Source of the DNA: a virus
Strand: one strand, 5' to 3'
DNA length: 64,000 bases
IMG/VR virus record: IMGVR_UViG_3300045988_147330
Location: 32,001 to 96,000 of that record
In this document: in pieces, positions 41,954 to 52,400 of the stretch
How the letters are laid out: every line of letters begins with the position of its first letter
Position numbering within the stretch: position 1 is the stretch's first letter
Notes under the pieces: model-generated
Told to the model about the DNA's origin: nothing
Databases searched by the model: none
The model's input: the letters and a program-made list of their open reading frames with translations, nothing else
Program-made: the position numbers and the translations under genes

Positions 41954-43885
41954 TTAGGCTTGGGTTATTGTACAACGGAAGCCGCCACCGATGCTCGTGA
42001 ACGCGATCGTAGGGGCAATGTACGCATTACCAGACCGCAAAGAACAATAGTCGTAGTCCGACCGACCACCAAAGTAAACACCACGTCTTCCAATTTTACC
42101 CGAACCTGCACCCCCTGTAAACCAGTTATAATGGCATTCTCCCGTATGAAGTCCACCACCTTGAGTTTTACCTATAAGACAGTCTTTAAAATTTTCAAGC
42201 TGATATCCTTCGCCTTTGTTCTTAGTACCAATTAAATCATAGATATTTTCAAACCCATACGATTCACCAGGATTTTTATCGGTTGATACATTGTCAGTAG
42301 TCATATTGTTTACCGACTTAGTTTGATATATGTCAATAGATGTGGAATCATGCATAACACAGTCTATTCCACTATACCACATCCATATATCTCCCCATCC
42401 TGCAATTCTTCCCCGTATCAGAGGTTGGGCAAAGCATACTTCAACTTCCCTGTCTGTAACCAACGCAGAATCGGGAATGCTCCATCCTGTTACGCTGATT
42501 GTGAAAAATTTAACAACAACACCGGACATTTCCCCCTCTGCAAGTCCATTATGACCTTGGAAATTAAAATAACGATAAGTGGAACCATCATAGGTGAAAT
42601 CTGTATTTTGTTCAATATTGTTTTCCTTTGCGTATGACATCGCCAACTGTGCTTCAAACATTTTCAGTTTAGGACGATAATTATTGATTACTTGATCAAA
42701 ATTATAAGTAGTTCCTGTTTCAGAAGCCTTGAAGCCAGCTCCATTTATTTTATAATAAACGTATGTCTGATTATCATTCTTTTTAAATCTTATTCCTGTC
42801 ATTTTACCCCAGCTTGAAGCATCAGGCGCAGAATCATTAGATGATATACCTTTTCCACATACAGATTGAGAATGAACATCTTTCGTTCTAAACTTTATAA
42901 ACAAAAGGGTACACCACACATCCAAGTCAAATGCAAAAGCATTTGCGTATGGTAAATTAGATGATGTGTCTGTATTTTTATTTCTTGCATATTGTTCATA
43001 GTTAAAGCGTGAAATATTTGTTGTAGGCCATCCACCTGTAGTCATGATGTTTACGCCCAACATTCCTGCTCCAGTAGTACCCATAATGGTATTATCTCTA
43101 ATTGATCTCTGTTTGTTATCTTTTATTACTGAATATCCGATACACACAGCAAATGGAGCTACAAAGTCGGCTGTATCACCGCCATAAGTAAATGGTATAT
43201 CTCCAACAATCCTTCTTTCATAAGTATCATCAGTTCCTCCATTAATTACCCAAAACGGCTTGGTATTTACTAACATAACATCAGTGCCATCGTCTACTAC
43301 ATCAGTGCCATCTATAATAATATTTGAAGGTGTTCCGTCAGCCATTTTAAATAGATTGGTTTGGTCGAAATATCCTACGACTTTTCCGTCCTTTACTTTA
43401 GCCAGGCGAAATGCATTCAATATAGGATGAGATACCTTAAATTCCTCTTTTCCTATCCATGTCTGATAGACAGGATCACTTTGCCCACGAGACATTTCTA
43501 CACCATATACATTTCCTTGTTGTTGCTTTAATGAATCTAGAAATTGTTTGTCTATATCGGTAAAATCATTTGTAGACAATGATTTGCCTTCCACTTTATC
43601 CACCTTTTTATCTAAGGCTGTCTTTTGCGGATCAGATACAGGCTTTTCCGCGTCAGATGTATTGTCTACTTTAGAAAGTCCAATGTTTTCTTTTGTTATA
43701 TTGACGTTCCCTTTCCTATATGAACTCTCATTGTTACCTTTTACACCTGTTACCATACCTTCTCTTATCTGAGATATAGTGACCGACTTGTTCTTCTTCG
43801 GTTCATCTGTAACGCATGGTATTATCTCTGTACCCGTAACGGTTTCAACGGGAGTCATTTCCGAAATTTTAAGATTTTCTTCCAT
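41954..43885 (-). CDS. DGR target: tail-fibre / receptor-binding-like protein with C-terminal C-type-lectin-fold variable region
   Basis: N-terminus has the fibre-like KSLSTNDFTDIDKQFL; C-terminus GVYFGGRSDYDYCSLRSGNAYIAPTIAFTSIGGGFRC. Confidence 0.85.
   Translation of the reverse strand: MEENLKISEMTPVETVTGTEIIPCVTDEPKKNKSVTISQIREGMVTGVKGNNESSYRKGNVNITKENIGLSKVDNTSDAEKPVSDPQKTALDKKVDKVEGKSLSTNDFTDIDKQFLDSLKQQQGNVYGVEMSRGQSDPVYQTWIGKEEFKVSHPILNAFRLAKVKDGKVVGYFDQTNLFKMADGTPSNIIIDGTDVVDDGTDVMLVNTKPFWVINGGTDDTYERRIVGDIPFTYGGDTADFVAPFAVCIGYSVIKDNKQRSIRDNTIMGTTGAGMLGVNIMTTGGWPTTNISRFNYEQYARNKNTDTSSNLPYANAFAFDLDVWCTLLFIKFRTKDVHSQSVCGKGISSNDSAPDASSWGKMTGIRFKKNDNQTYVYYKINGAGFKASETGTTYNFDQVINNYRPKLKMFEAQLAMSYAKENNIEQNTDFTYDGSTYRYFNFQGHNGLAEGEMSGVVVKFFTISVTGWSIPDSALVTDREVEVCFAQPLIRGRIAGWGDIWMWYSGIDCVMHDSTSIDIYQTKSVNNMTTDNVSTDKNPGESYGFENIYDLIGTKNKGEGYQLENFKDCLIGKTQGGGLHTGECHYNWFTGGAGSGKIGRRGVYFGGRSDYDYCSLRSGNAYIAPTIAFTSIGGGFRCTITQA
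41975..42084 (-). repeat. DGR variable repeat (VR)
   Basis: 14 mismatches to TR, all at TR adenines (coding sense). Confidence 0.85.
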
Positions 43886-43887
43886 TG

Positions 43888-45624
43888 TTAATCCTCTGTT
43901 AAAATTAAGTTGTTATTTTCAAGTAATATGTTGTTTCCGTCTTCCATGATTATGATATTATTGATAACTTCAAGTATTATTCTTGAATTGGCAAATTTCC
44001 ATTCATTGTTTGAATATGGCATGTATCCATCCTTTGTTACAGATATGGACATGGTACTATTGGCTATCCCCACTACTTTTACTGTGCCATCAGATAGTGT
44101 ATTGTACTGTAAACCTTCTATCGTAACCGTTGCATTCTCTATGGGTGCTCCATTCACATCCACTACCGTTATAGTGACAATGGATTTTGGTATATAATAA
44201 TCAATTAAATCCTGTTCGGTGAATCCATCGGTTTCCTTTGCCGGAACAGCATCGAATCCTATGGAGTTATAGAAAGCTAGTGTTCCAAAATAACCTAAAT
44301 TATTATATAACGAAAAGAAAGACGGTGTACCTGTTTTTTCACTGTCAGCACTACCATTTACTATTGTTATAGTTGTTTTCTTTTCAAGAAGATTATCTGC
44401 AATAATAGTTTCATTTAATACTCCATCAATATATGTGCTTCCGTCAACGTTTCTAGCATTATAAGCTATTGAGTTAGATTCGGCAAAAATTGAAAAATAA
44501 CTAGAGGTTACGTTATCATACCCAACTTTTCTTTGGTCGTATAGTTGCTGACCTAACCTAAAATTATTACAAGTATAGAACAGCATCTTAACTCCCTGTG
44601 ACAAATTCTGCACCTGCCCATAATCATCCACTCCATCCGTTACTAGGGCATTTGGGTATTTAGGAATAAACTCTATTGTTACATCCATATCTCCGGCATC
44701 TCCTGTAACTCCTATAGCATTATATAGTGATTCAGTCCCTTCGGGATAAGACAGAGTAACCTCATGTTCTCCATTGTCAAATGTGTAGAATCCCCCATTC
44801 CTGTTAACTAAGCTAACCTGTCTACCATCTTGTAGCCCTGTAACTTTAAATTTATGAGTAGGCGTAGAATTTGACGGTACTATATTTACCATATTATTAG
44901 TAGTGGATAGTTTGCTAGTAATATGTATAATCCTATTGTCTGTTACCGTCACAACAGCCCTATCTGGAATAATATTCGTACTGGATATATCATATCCTCC
45001 CACACCACTCATAGCCGAGAACAGGAAATTATTCAATTTCAATGGTCTGTTGTTTCCACTGAAATCCTGTAGATAAGGATTGGATTTCAATATCTCGTTG
45101 GTAGGTACGGATTGTCTTGTAGGAATTTCCTCTACCACAATATTGCAGTCCGCATCATTCACATTATCACCTGCCAAATAAAATCCGGGATATCGTGTTG
45201 TCGTACCGCTATTCTTATATTCTGGTATGTCATATTCTCCATCAGATGTTATCTTGGTAGAATAGATACCGCTTTCTATCGAAAATCCCTGTGGAAGTCC
45301 TGTCACTCTTATCTTAAAAGAGGAAACAGCACTTGACGGGGAACATGAAACTTGCCAAAAGTTTTTGTTTGCAGACGTAGGTGTATGGGTGATGGTGCAC
45401 TTGTTTATAGTGCTATCATATTTAATTTTTCCTCCGTCATTTATGAATTGATTTGCATAAGTAACGCCAGGAATATAAACATCCACAGGCTTTGACATAT
45501 CGTACCAGAACACCATGTGTTTTGGTATCCATTTTTCTATCACCTTGTTTATATCGGTTTTTCCTGTACCTGCCGATTTTACAAGTCCAAGTTTTCCTAT
45601 GTTAAAAAAACCTATTTTTCTCAT
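43888..45624 (-). CDS. tail-fibre-associated protein with a carboxypeptidase-regulatory-like beta-sandwich segment
   Basis: TITVVDVNGAPIENATVTIEGLQYNTLSDGTVKV...VTKDGYMPY. Confidence 0.55.
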   Translation of the reverse strand: MRKIGFFNIGKLGLVKSAGTGKTDINKVIEKWIPKHMVFWYDMSKPVDVYIPGVTYANQFINDGGKIKYDSTINKCTITHTPTSANKNFWQVSCSPSSAVSSFKIRVTGLPQGFSIESGIYSTKITSDGEYDIPEYKNSGTTTRYPGFYLAGDNVNDADCNIVVEEIPTRQSVPTNEILKSNPYLQDFSGNNRPLKLNNFLFSAMSGVGGYDISSTNIIPDRAVVTVTDNRIIHITSKLSTTNNMVNIVPSNSTPTHKFKVTGLQDGRQVSLVNRNGGFYTFDNGEHEVTLSYPEGTESLYNAIGVTGDAGDMDVTIEFIPKYPNALVTDGVDDYGQVQNLSQGVKMLFYTCNNFRLGQQLYDQRKVGYDNVTSSYFSIFAESNSIAYNARNVDGSTYIDGVLNETIIADNLLEKKTTITIVNGSADSEKTGTPSFFSLYNNLGYFGTLAFYNSIGFDAVPAKETDGFTEQDLIDYYIPKSIVTITVVDVNGAPIENATVTIEGLQYNTLSDGTVKVVGIANSTMSISVTKDGYMPYSNNEWKFANSRIILEVINNIIIMEDGNNILLENNNLILTED

Positions 45625-45872
45625 TTTTCGTCCATTTTAACCCACTCATCAGATAAAAGCAGCTTCTCAAACTCTCTTGTGCCAGTGTCGTATGTGTCGT
45701 AAGGGAAAGGGTGTTCCGTTCCGTCCTCAGGTAACGTCATAGGCATCACTTCCATAACCTTCTCGGTATGGATCATATAATACAGACCGTCTGTCGATCG
45801 TCTGAAAACGGACAGATCATCTTCCGAAAACATAATCTCGGAGTCCATTTTGGGAACTATCGAAAATTGCAT
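45621..45872 (-). CDS. hypothetical protein
   Basis: ATGA coupling to the downstream gene; promoter box upstream. Confidence 0.5.
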   Translation of the reverse strand: MQFSIVPKMDSEIMFSEDDLSVFRRSTDGLYYMIHTEKVMEVMPMTLPEDGTEHPFPYDTYDTGTREFEKLLLSDEWVKMDEK

Positions 45873-45896
45873 AATTTGTTTTTTTATCTATTATCG

Positions 45897-45904
45897 CAAA
45901 GATA
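45897..45904 (-). promoter_or_regulatory. Bacteroidota-type -7 box (TATCTTTG on minus strand)
   Basis: Exact TAnnTTTG 25 nt upstream of the ATG at 45872. Confidence 0.5.
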
Positions 45905-45949
45905 GCATAAAATTCGTTAAACAATTTGGTTATGAGCAGTTTTGTGCAG

Positions 45950-45957
45950 TATATTTG
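45950..45957 (+). promoter_or_regulatory. Bacteroidota-type -7 box (TATATTTG)
   Basis: Exact TAnnTTTG 26 nt upstream of the ATG at 45983; divergent from 45897-45904. Confidence 0.5.
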
Positions 45958-45982
45958 CTTAAAAATAAAAAATATAATATCA

Positions 45983-46351
45983 ATGAATGTATTAAGTTTA
46001 TGTGATGGTATAGCCTGCGGTAGAATTGCTCTTGAACGAGCAGGGATAAAGGTGAATAAGTATTACGCAAGCGAGATAAATGAACCGTCTATTAAGGTGG
46101 CATTAGACAATTATCCTGATATCATAGAGTTAGGTGATATCAGGAATTGGAAAGAATGGAATATAGAATGGAAAGATATTGATCTGTTGATTGGAGGTAC
46201 ACCATGCCAGGATTTCTCCCGACTTGGAAAGGAGAAGCTAAACTTTGATGGTGAACGTTCTGGGCTGTTCTTTCAATATGTGAACATACTTAATCATATA
46301 AAACAGTTTAATCCAAATGTAAAATTTAGGCAAATGCGGCTATGTGTATAA
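45983..46351 (+). pseudogene. C5 cytosine DNA methyltransferase, truncated after motif IV
   Basis: LSLCDGIACG (motif I), GGTPCQDFS (motif IV), then the frame runs into the TnpB fragment just where the ENV motif is expected. Confidence 0.7.
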
Positions 46352-46589
46352 AGGATTGAAACTTAGCGAGCGTAGTTGGACTTGTCCGGAATGTGGTACA
46401 CACCACGACCGGGACTTCAACGCAGCTTGTAATATCAAGAAATTTGGCTTGAAAGCCCTACCCACGGAGCGAGGGAAAGTCAAGCCTGTGGACTGCCCAA
46501 CGGTGGATGAACGACCTCGTGTCCTAAAAAGCTGCGGCAGGAAGAAGCAGGAAAAAACTCATGCCTTTAGGCGTGGGGAGTTCACATGA
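46329..46589 (+). pseudogene. TnpB C-terminal fragment (zinc finger plus RuvC-III), different family from copies A-D
   Basis: [39 protein letters not shown]. Confidence 0.7.
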
Positions 46590-46596
46590 TAAAGTT

Positions 46597-46725
46597 ATGG
46601 AGCTTACCGAGCATCCATGTGGAAGTAATGCAGACTACAGAAGTATTACTTTTTACTGTGATGACTGCCCTATAGGGCGTTTTGGGACAAATATGTGTAC
46701 AAAAGAACAACAATATTCTAAATAA
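46597..46725 (+). CDS. possible 42-aa Cys-rich peptide
   Basis: Own translation MELTEHPCGSNADYRSITFYCDDCPIGRFGTNMCTKEQQYSK. Confidence 0.3.
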   Translation: MELTEHPCGSNADYRSITFYCDDCPIGRFGTNMCTKEQQYSK

Positions 46726-46759
46726 TCTTCAAAACCGAACAGAAATGTAATATAAGAAA

Positions 46760-47050
46760 ATGATGGTCATATTGAAACTACCTGATTTTATGGTTCCTCG
46801 TATGAACTGCATAGGTGACATTTTACCACCTTATGTTTCGGTCGACGCAGAAATCGTTGACGAAATAAAAGAATTATGGGATAAAGGCATATATACTACT
46901 GGATGCTGTTCTGGGCATCCTGACGGTGCATATATAGGGGTAACTGATGATTGCGTGTGCATGATGGAGATGTTGGGCTATAAACACCTGTATAATCCTC
47001 ATGACGGAGACAACCAAAAAACTTTTTTGCCAAAATCAATTAACGAATAA
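46760..47050 (+). CDS. hypothetical protein
   Basis: ORF in the plus-strand island. Confidence 0.45.
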   Translation: MMVILKLPDFMVPRMNCIGDILPPYVSVDAEIVDEIKELWDKGIYTTGCCSGHPDGAYIGVTDDCVCMMEMLGYKHLYNPHDGDNQKTFLPKSINE

Positions 47051-47128
47051 CAAATCAGAAATGAAGAAAATAGCAATTTATAAGCATAAGTCATATATTG
47101 AACGGATTAAACAGAAAGGAGATTAGAT

Positions 47129-47503
47129 ATGGGTTACAGATGTCCCGGATGTGGAAAGGATTTCGGCTTTGATAAAGAGGCATTCAATAATCATTTGAAT
47201 TTTGAATGCGGTGAAGGTGCAGCATTTGCTTATGCTTCTTTATCTCGCATAGAAGCAATGTGCGGAAATGTTAAGCAATCAGATAAATGCGCGAAATCAG
47301 AAATCCGTAAACCAAAGTCTTATTCCAGCATAAGTCCAAAACACCATTGGGTAAAACAAAACGCTGTGAGTGATAAAGAAGGCTATGACATTGTAGTTTG
47401 TTCTTTATGTGGAATTAAGGCTAAAAGATGTATGAACAATTATAAGTTCGACATGCGTCAATCAATGAGTAAAATAGAAAATTGTATTAATTATGGAAAG
47501 TGA
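47129..47503 (+). CDS. zinc-ribbon protein
   Basis: YRCPGCGKDF ... VVCSLCGIKAKRC. Confidence 0.5.
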   Translation: MGYRCPGCGKDFGFDKEAFNNHLNFECGEGAAFAYASLSRIEAMCGNVKQSDKCAKSEIRKPKSYSSISPKHHWVKQNAVSDKEGYDIVVCSLCGIKAKRCMNNYKFDMRQSMSKIENCINYGK

Positions 47504-47969
47504 TAACAGGAGGAAATTAGCGATAGCAAACCTTTGTCGTGCATATCTTCATGTACATGGGTTTTTAACCGATGTAGATAATAATAAAATTCATTTACGA
47601 ATAATGCATTGGCAGGATGAAAACGAGGTTGAAATTACAAAAGCCCAATTATATTCCGCTGACTTTACCTATGACGATAACGCCAAAGAGGAGCTATTAA
47701 GAAACGGTGAGAAGTCTAAAAATAAGATGAAAATAGAAGAAGTAAAATTGAAGAGATACTTTCCGAGTGAAGGTATGGCGCTAAAAATAACCATCCGGAT
47801 GTATGATTATAGTGAGCACAAATTTGTTGACAGCGTTTCATACACAAAAGAACAAGGGGTTATAATTGATGAAAATAGGTTGATATCAGTAAAAGAAGTA
47901 CCTATGGAAGAGTATAATGATTGGATTAATAATACGCCCGGACTTGCAGTTTCGGCATTTAGTTTTTGA
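47493..47969 (+). CDS. hypothetical protein
   Basis: ORF in the island. Confidence 0.5.
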   Translation: MESDNRRKLAIANLCRAYLHVHGFLTDVDNNKIHLRIMHWQDENEVEITKAQLYSADFTYDDNAKEELLRNGEKSKNKMKIEEVKLKRYFPSEGMALKITIRMYDYSEHKFVDSVSYTKEQGVIIDENRLISVKEVPMEEYNDWINNTPGLAVSAFSF

Positions 47970-47973
47970 AACT

Positions 47974-48312
47974 ATGAGAGGAAAATTGAAAACATCGTTT
48001 CTTGCGTCAGAAGATATGACTCTTTTAGAAGGAGCGGAAGTGGAAATCGTAGATATTCGCTATGGGTGTGAAACCTATTATATGTGCAATATACCATCAG
48101 GAATCCGTATTCCTATTGAAAGTAATAAAATAGAAATAACTGATTATACACCTTTTGTAGATTGGAATACTTTGAGAAGGGAGTACGCATGTAGGGCAAT
48201 GCAGGGTATTTTAAGAGTTTACTGTACTGTGAATGACCCTGAAAGATATGCACTTGTAGCCAAAGATGCTGTAAAATACGCAGACGCGTTAATAGATGAA
48301 CTAAGAAAATAG
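47974..48312 (+). CDS. hypothetical protein, IDWEQRRYELAK family (copy 3 of 3, diverged)
   Basis: VDWNTLRREYACRAMQGIL...VKYADALIDELRK; ATG at 47974. Confidence 0.55.
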   Translation: MRGKLKTSFLASEDMTLLEGAEVEIVDIRYGCETYYMCNIPSGIRIPIESNKIEITDYTPFVDWNTLRREYACRAMQGILRVYCTVNDPERYALVAKDAVKYADALIDELRK

Positions 48313-48340
48313 TCTTTCTACATATTCATTTAGGGAAAAT

Positions 48341-48379
48341 GAAAATTCCCCTTACTAATTGGAAGCAAGGGGAATTTTC
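48341..48379. terminator. bidirectional terminator hairpin (13-bp perfect stem)
   Basis: gaaaattcccctt / aaggggaattttc between convergent genes. Confidence 0.65.
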
Positions 48380-48380
48380 A

Positions 48381-49484
48381 TTATAGTTCAGGTCCCATAG
48401 ATATAAGTAATGTACTATCTTTGTAACTTCCACTATTAAGACTAACCCATATTCTACAACTTCTAGATTGAATCATATCAGATGAGATAAATATCCTTAC
48501 CTTTTTATCAACCGAAGAATTAGCAGATACTTGAAAGTTTTCTATATTGACACTTGTTTCGCCTATCGTCATTGGATCATTAAAATCCTTATTTGTATAT
48601 CTAGCCAAGCAGACATTGTTTGAAAAACTTATTGAACTACTTTGCCCATTACGTACTCTTACAGTAACTTCTATATAACCTGTAACAGTCGGCAAAGTAC
48701 CTCCAAGTATAGATATGCTTACATAAGATCCTACAATTTCTATCTCTGCTTTTTTCATCATAGGAATAGAATAAGCGCTATGCAGTATATCAGGATCATC
48801 CTGGTTTAATATGGCTGTGCTTAAAAAAGGATAAACATCCCATTTACCAGTTGCCATTCCCCATGAGTTCACTGTTACCATAGCATATCCTGTCCCTATC
48901 TTCTTATCAGCAGTAACACGCCTGTACATCTGAGTAGTTTTGCTTTTAACATAAACACCAAAATAACACTCTGCTATCTCAGCAAAATCCCCCATGTTTA
49001 GGAAATCAGCCTCAGTTCCCTGTGAAGGCATCATTATAGCAGCAGAACATGTAAAGCTACTACTAGTAAACTGATTTGTAGCTGTAGCAGGGCACATGAA
49101 CTTATCTATAGGAGGATCGGCATAGTGATTATAACCATTAAAATCAGTAAGACGATATGGGAAATTACCGCCTGTTGGTGGGCTATACTCCCACCCATTC
49201 ATACTACCATCAGCATAATTTTCGGCATCCGTATAACTTGAAATACGTTTTGGCTTCACACCACAATTACCATCCCAAGCCTTCCACCATTTTTCTCCAT
49301 CACTAGGACCAAGGCTTTCATATCTTACAGGCTTGTATCTAGCCCAAGGATTTATCTTCCCATGTGTATTTGCGCACGCATATCCTAAATCATACCCAAT
49401 ACCAATAGCACCGATACCAAGCGTAGCATAAACATCATCGCTCAAATTTATTGGAGCAGTTATCTTACCGTTAGAATGTCCCAT
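48381..49484 (-). CDS. tail-associated protein, function unknown
   Basis: Immediately downstream of the giant fibre gene. Confidence 0.55.
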   Translation of the reverse strand: MGHSNGKITAPINLSDDVYATLGIGAIGIGYDLGYACANTHGKINPWARYKPVRYESLGPSDGEKWWKAWDGNCGVKPKRISSYTDAENYADGSMNGWEYSPPTGGNFPYRLTDFNGYNHYADPPIDKFMCPATATNQFTSSSFTCSAAIMMPSQGTEADFLNMGDFAEIAECYFGVYVKSKTTQMYRRVTADKKIGTGYAMVTVNSWGMATGKWDVYPFLSTAILNQDDPDILHSAYSIPMMKKAEIEIVGSYVSISILGGTLPTVTGYIEVTVRVRNGQSSSISFSNNVCLARYTNKDFNDPMTIGETSVNIENFQVSANSSVDKKVRIFISSDMIQSRSCRIWVSLNSGSYKDSTLLISMGPEL

Positions 49485-49492
49485 AATTTTAT

Positions 49493-52400
49493 TTATTGAT
49501 TGTAAATACCTAATCTATTTTCCAACTCTCTCACTCTTTTCTTTAATCTTGTAACTTCATCATCCACCTCTTGTAATCCTTTCCATACTACAGGAATTAA
49601 TCTTTCATAAGTAACCGTATAATAATCGTGGAATACATCTCTTACCCATTGTTCAAATCCCCCTGCTATAAGGTCTTGTGCTATCAAACCAAACTGGTCA
49701 TAATCATTATTATATACCTCTGAGTTAGCTTTGGCAATATCATTCCAATGATATTTCACAGACCTAAACTTATTTATAATATCCATAGCATTGTAATTCT
49801 GAATATCTTTCTTTAGTCTGATGTCAGAACCACTAGCCTTGGCTGTTATTTCTGCCTTAGAGTGTATTCCACCAGCAGGAGATATTTCAACCACATTTTG
49901 ATTGGCCGTAGCAGTGCCAGTATCAAACGTGAACCAGCTAGTCGCATTCATACCGAACTGACCTCTGAAAGTTCCTCCACCATTATAAAATGCTATGGAG
50001 CTTCCTCCAGAACCACTAGTTCTTACTAACTGAATAGTATCATAGGTGTCAGTCTGAATACGTAATCTTTTAGAATTATAATTACGTATATAGTTAGCAT
50101 CAGTCATATACCATCCACCTCCATAGTTTTCATGATACCATCCTGTATTTCCCGTACTTCTGAACCAATCAGAGCATCTTATGGAATTAGGCAGTAGCAG
50201 GGTAACATTACCTGACCCGTTCACATTCACTCCTGCACTTACCCTGTAGGAATCATGGCTGTTCGTATAGAACGTTCTTGTTGTTCCCCAATATGATGTG
50301 GTGATATTGGCTGTTCCATCAAAAGTAGTACCGTTGATATTACGCGCCGTCTGTAACCTTGAAGCAGTAGCGGCATTTCCTGTTATGCTTCCATCAAATA
50401 CAGTGTTACCTACCTCTGTACATCCAGACGGAAGATTATCCATATTTGTACTCTTAGGCTCAAAGACTAATGTACCATTTGAACTTCTTGATACTATATC
50501 AAATGAACCAGGGTTCCATGCGCCAGATTGGTAGTAAAAATCAATGTAATTATATCCGCTTGTCTGCTTTGTTATCTTATACCATAGCCTAGCACTTTGA
50601 CCGTTTACTTGAAACTTTGAGATATATACACTTGTACCATTATCTCCATAAGCATACTGACCTGAAACTATATCTACATATAATATTGCTCTATGGTATC
50701 TTGTTTTTATATCTATATCAACCCTCAACGTAGAATAACCAGAGCTATTTGCTATTCTGAATAAATAAATATAATTATATGGAGCAGTACCACTTGTATA
50801 TAATGTACGTCTACCTATTATTGATGTAAATGCCGTTTGGTGATAACCATCCAACAAGTCCGCATTTAAATTGGTATTCAATGTAGTAGAAGAACATTGG
50901 TAAGGCTGTGTGCCTGTACCTACAGTAGACCTGAAATATCCGTCAGTTCTAGTGTTACCTGCAACATGTAATTTTTCGCCCGGAGAGTTAGTACCGATAC
51001 CTGCCAATCCTCCACCAGTACACATAATCAGATATTTTCCCGAATGGTGCTGTAGGAACAGATGATGGTCATATCTGTTTATCTCTCCATTATAGGCAGC
51101 ATCATAATTACCACTACTGTTTACTCTTCCGATACATATAGAGCTTTCTTTAATACCTCCTGCAACATTAAGAACTCCTGTTCTAACATTCAACCACATG
51201 GCGTTGTTTCCCTGCGCTACACTTCCTCCACTGAATGTGGGATACCAACCTATTCCATACCATGATGCGAAACGCAAATTTGCATCGGTTGAGGAAGCTA
51301 CATCAGTGCCACCGTGAATCCAAACGCCCGAATTTTTAGCCACTCTTGTTGACCAACCTATATTGAATCCTTTGGTATTATTCATAGTCAAATCACCTGT
51401 CATAGTATCTCCGGTTACATTGACATATCTTCCGTCAAGGTCGGACAGATGTTGCCCGTCAAGTAAATCCGCGTTAAGGTTACTTACAACCGTATTGCTT
51501 GCCACAATAAACGGAGCAACGCCACTTGCTATGGTAGATTGTAACTGAACATAGCTTATGACCCTGTTTGAAGCTATGCTGAATAAGTTCTTCAAAGCAG
51601 AGCTTGTACAAACACTCTCTACCGAGCCTGATAATACTGTTGTATAAGTCTGGAATAAATGGGCAGCAGCAATATGTCTTATTCTGTCAGGTCCCGAATT
51701 ACTTGCGGTTATGGCATCTGTACCATTGCCTATATCGTTCCCTTTGAATAATACCAGCTCACCACTTTCCGTACCTCCCCAAAGTCTTTCAGCAATGAAC
51801 GTATGGTTATAACCGCCTGGTCCATCTCCCGTAGTTCCGTAGAAATATATGGTATTGGGAGAAGTGGCGTTTCCTATCTTCAAGTCACCGCTCATGGTGA
51901 TACTTCCCACACCTGTCATATCACCGCTTACATTAGCCGTGCCGTTGAAAGGTTGTCCCCAAAGGGTACGGGAATTAACAAGAAAATTAGCTGCATTGGA
52001 AATTCCTGCCGATAAAGCAGTAAAAACATGTCTTGTTCCCTCAGGTGTTCCTGTAGTACCATTATTTTGCGTAGTTACATACCCATAAGGATATTGCTCA
52101 ACTATCTTGACTGCAATATATGGGTCATAGCCACTTTTAGTACATTTCATCCATATTCTCCATATTATACCATCATCCGATGTACAGCGTAATTCTGGAA
52201 GAGTACTACGTCCGAAGTTAGTAACATAAAAAAGAGTACTTGCTGTATTATCAGTGTTTCTTCGTAATCTAAGCACTGCACGTCCACTAGATTCATTACC
52301 CGTTTCTGTTCTACACAAATCAAATACTACATAAGCACGTAACTGATTCTGTCCGCTAGGAATAACAAACCTCAAAAATTCTATATAGTCATATTTATTA

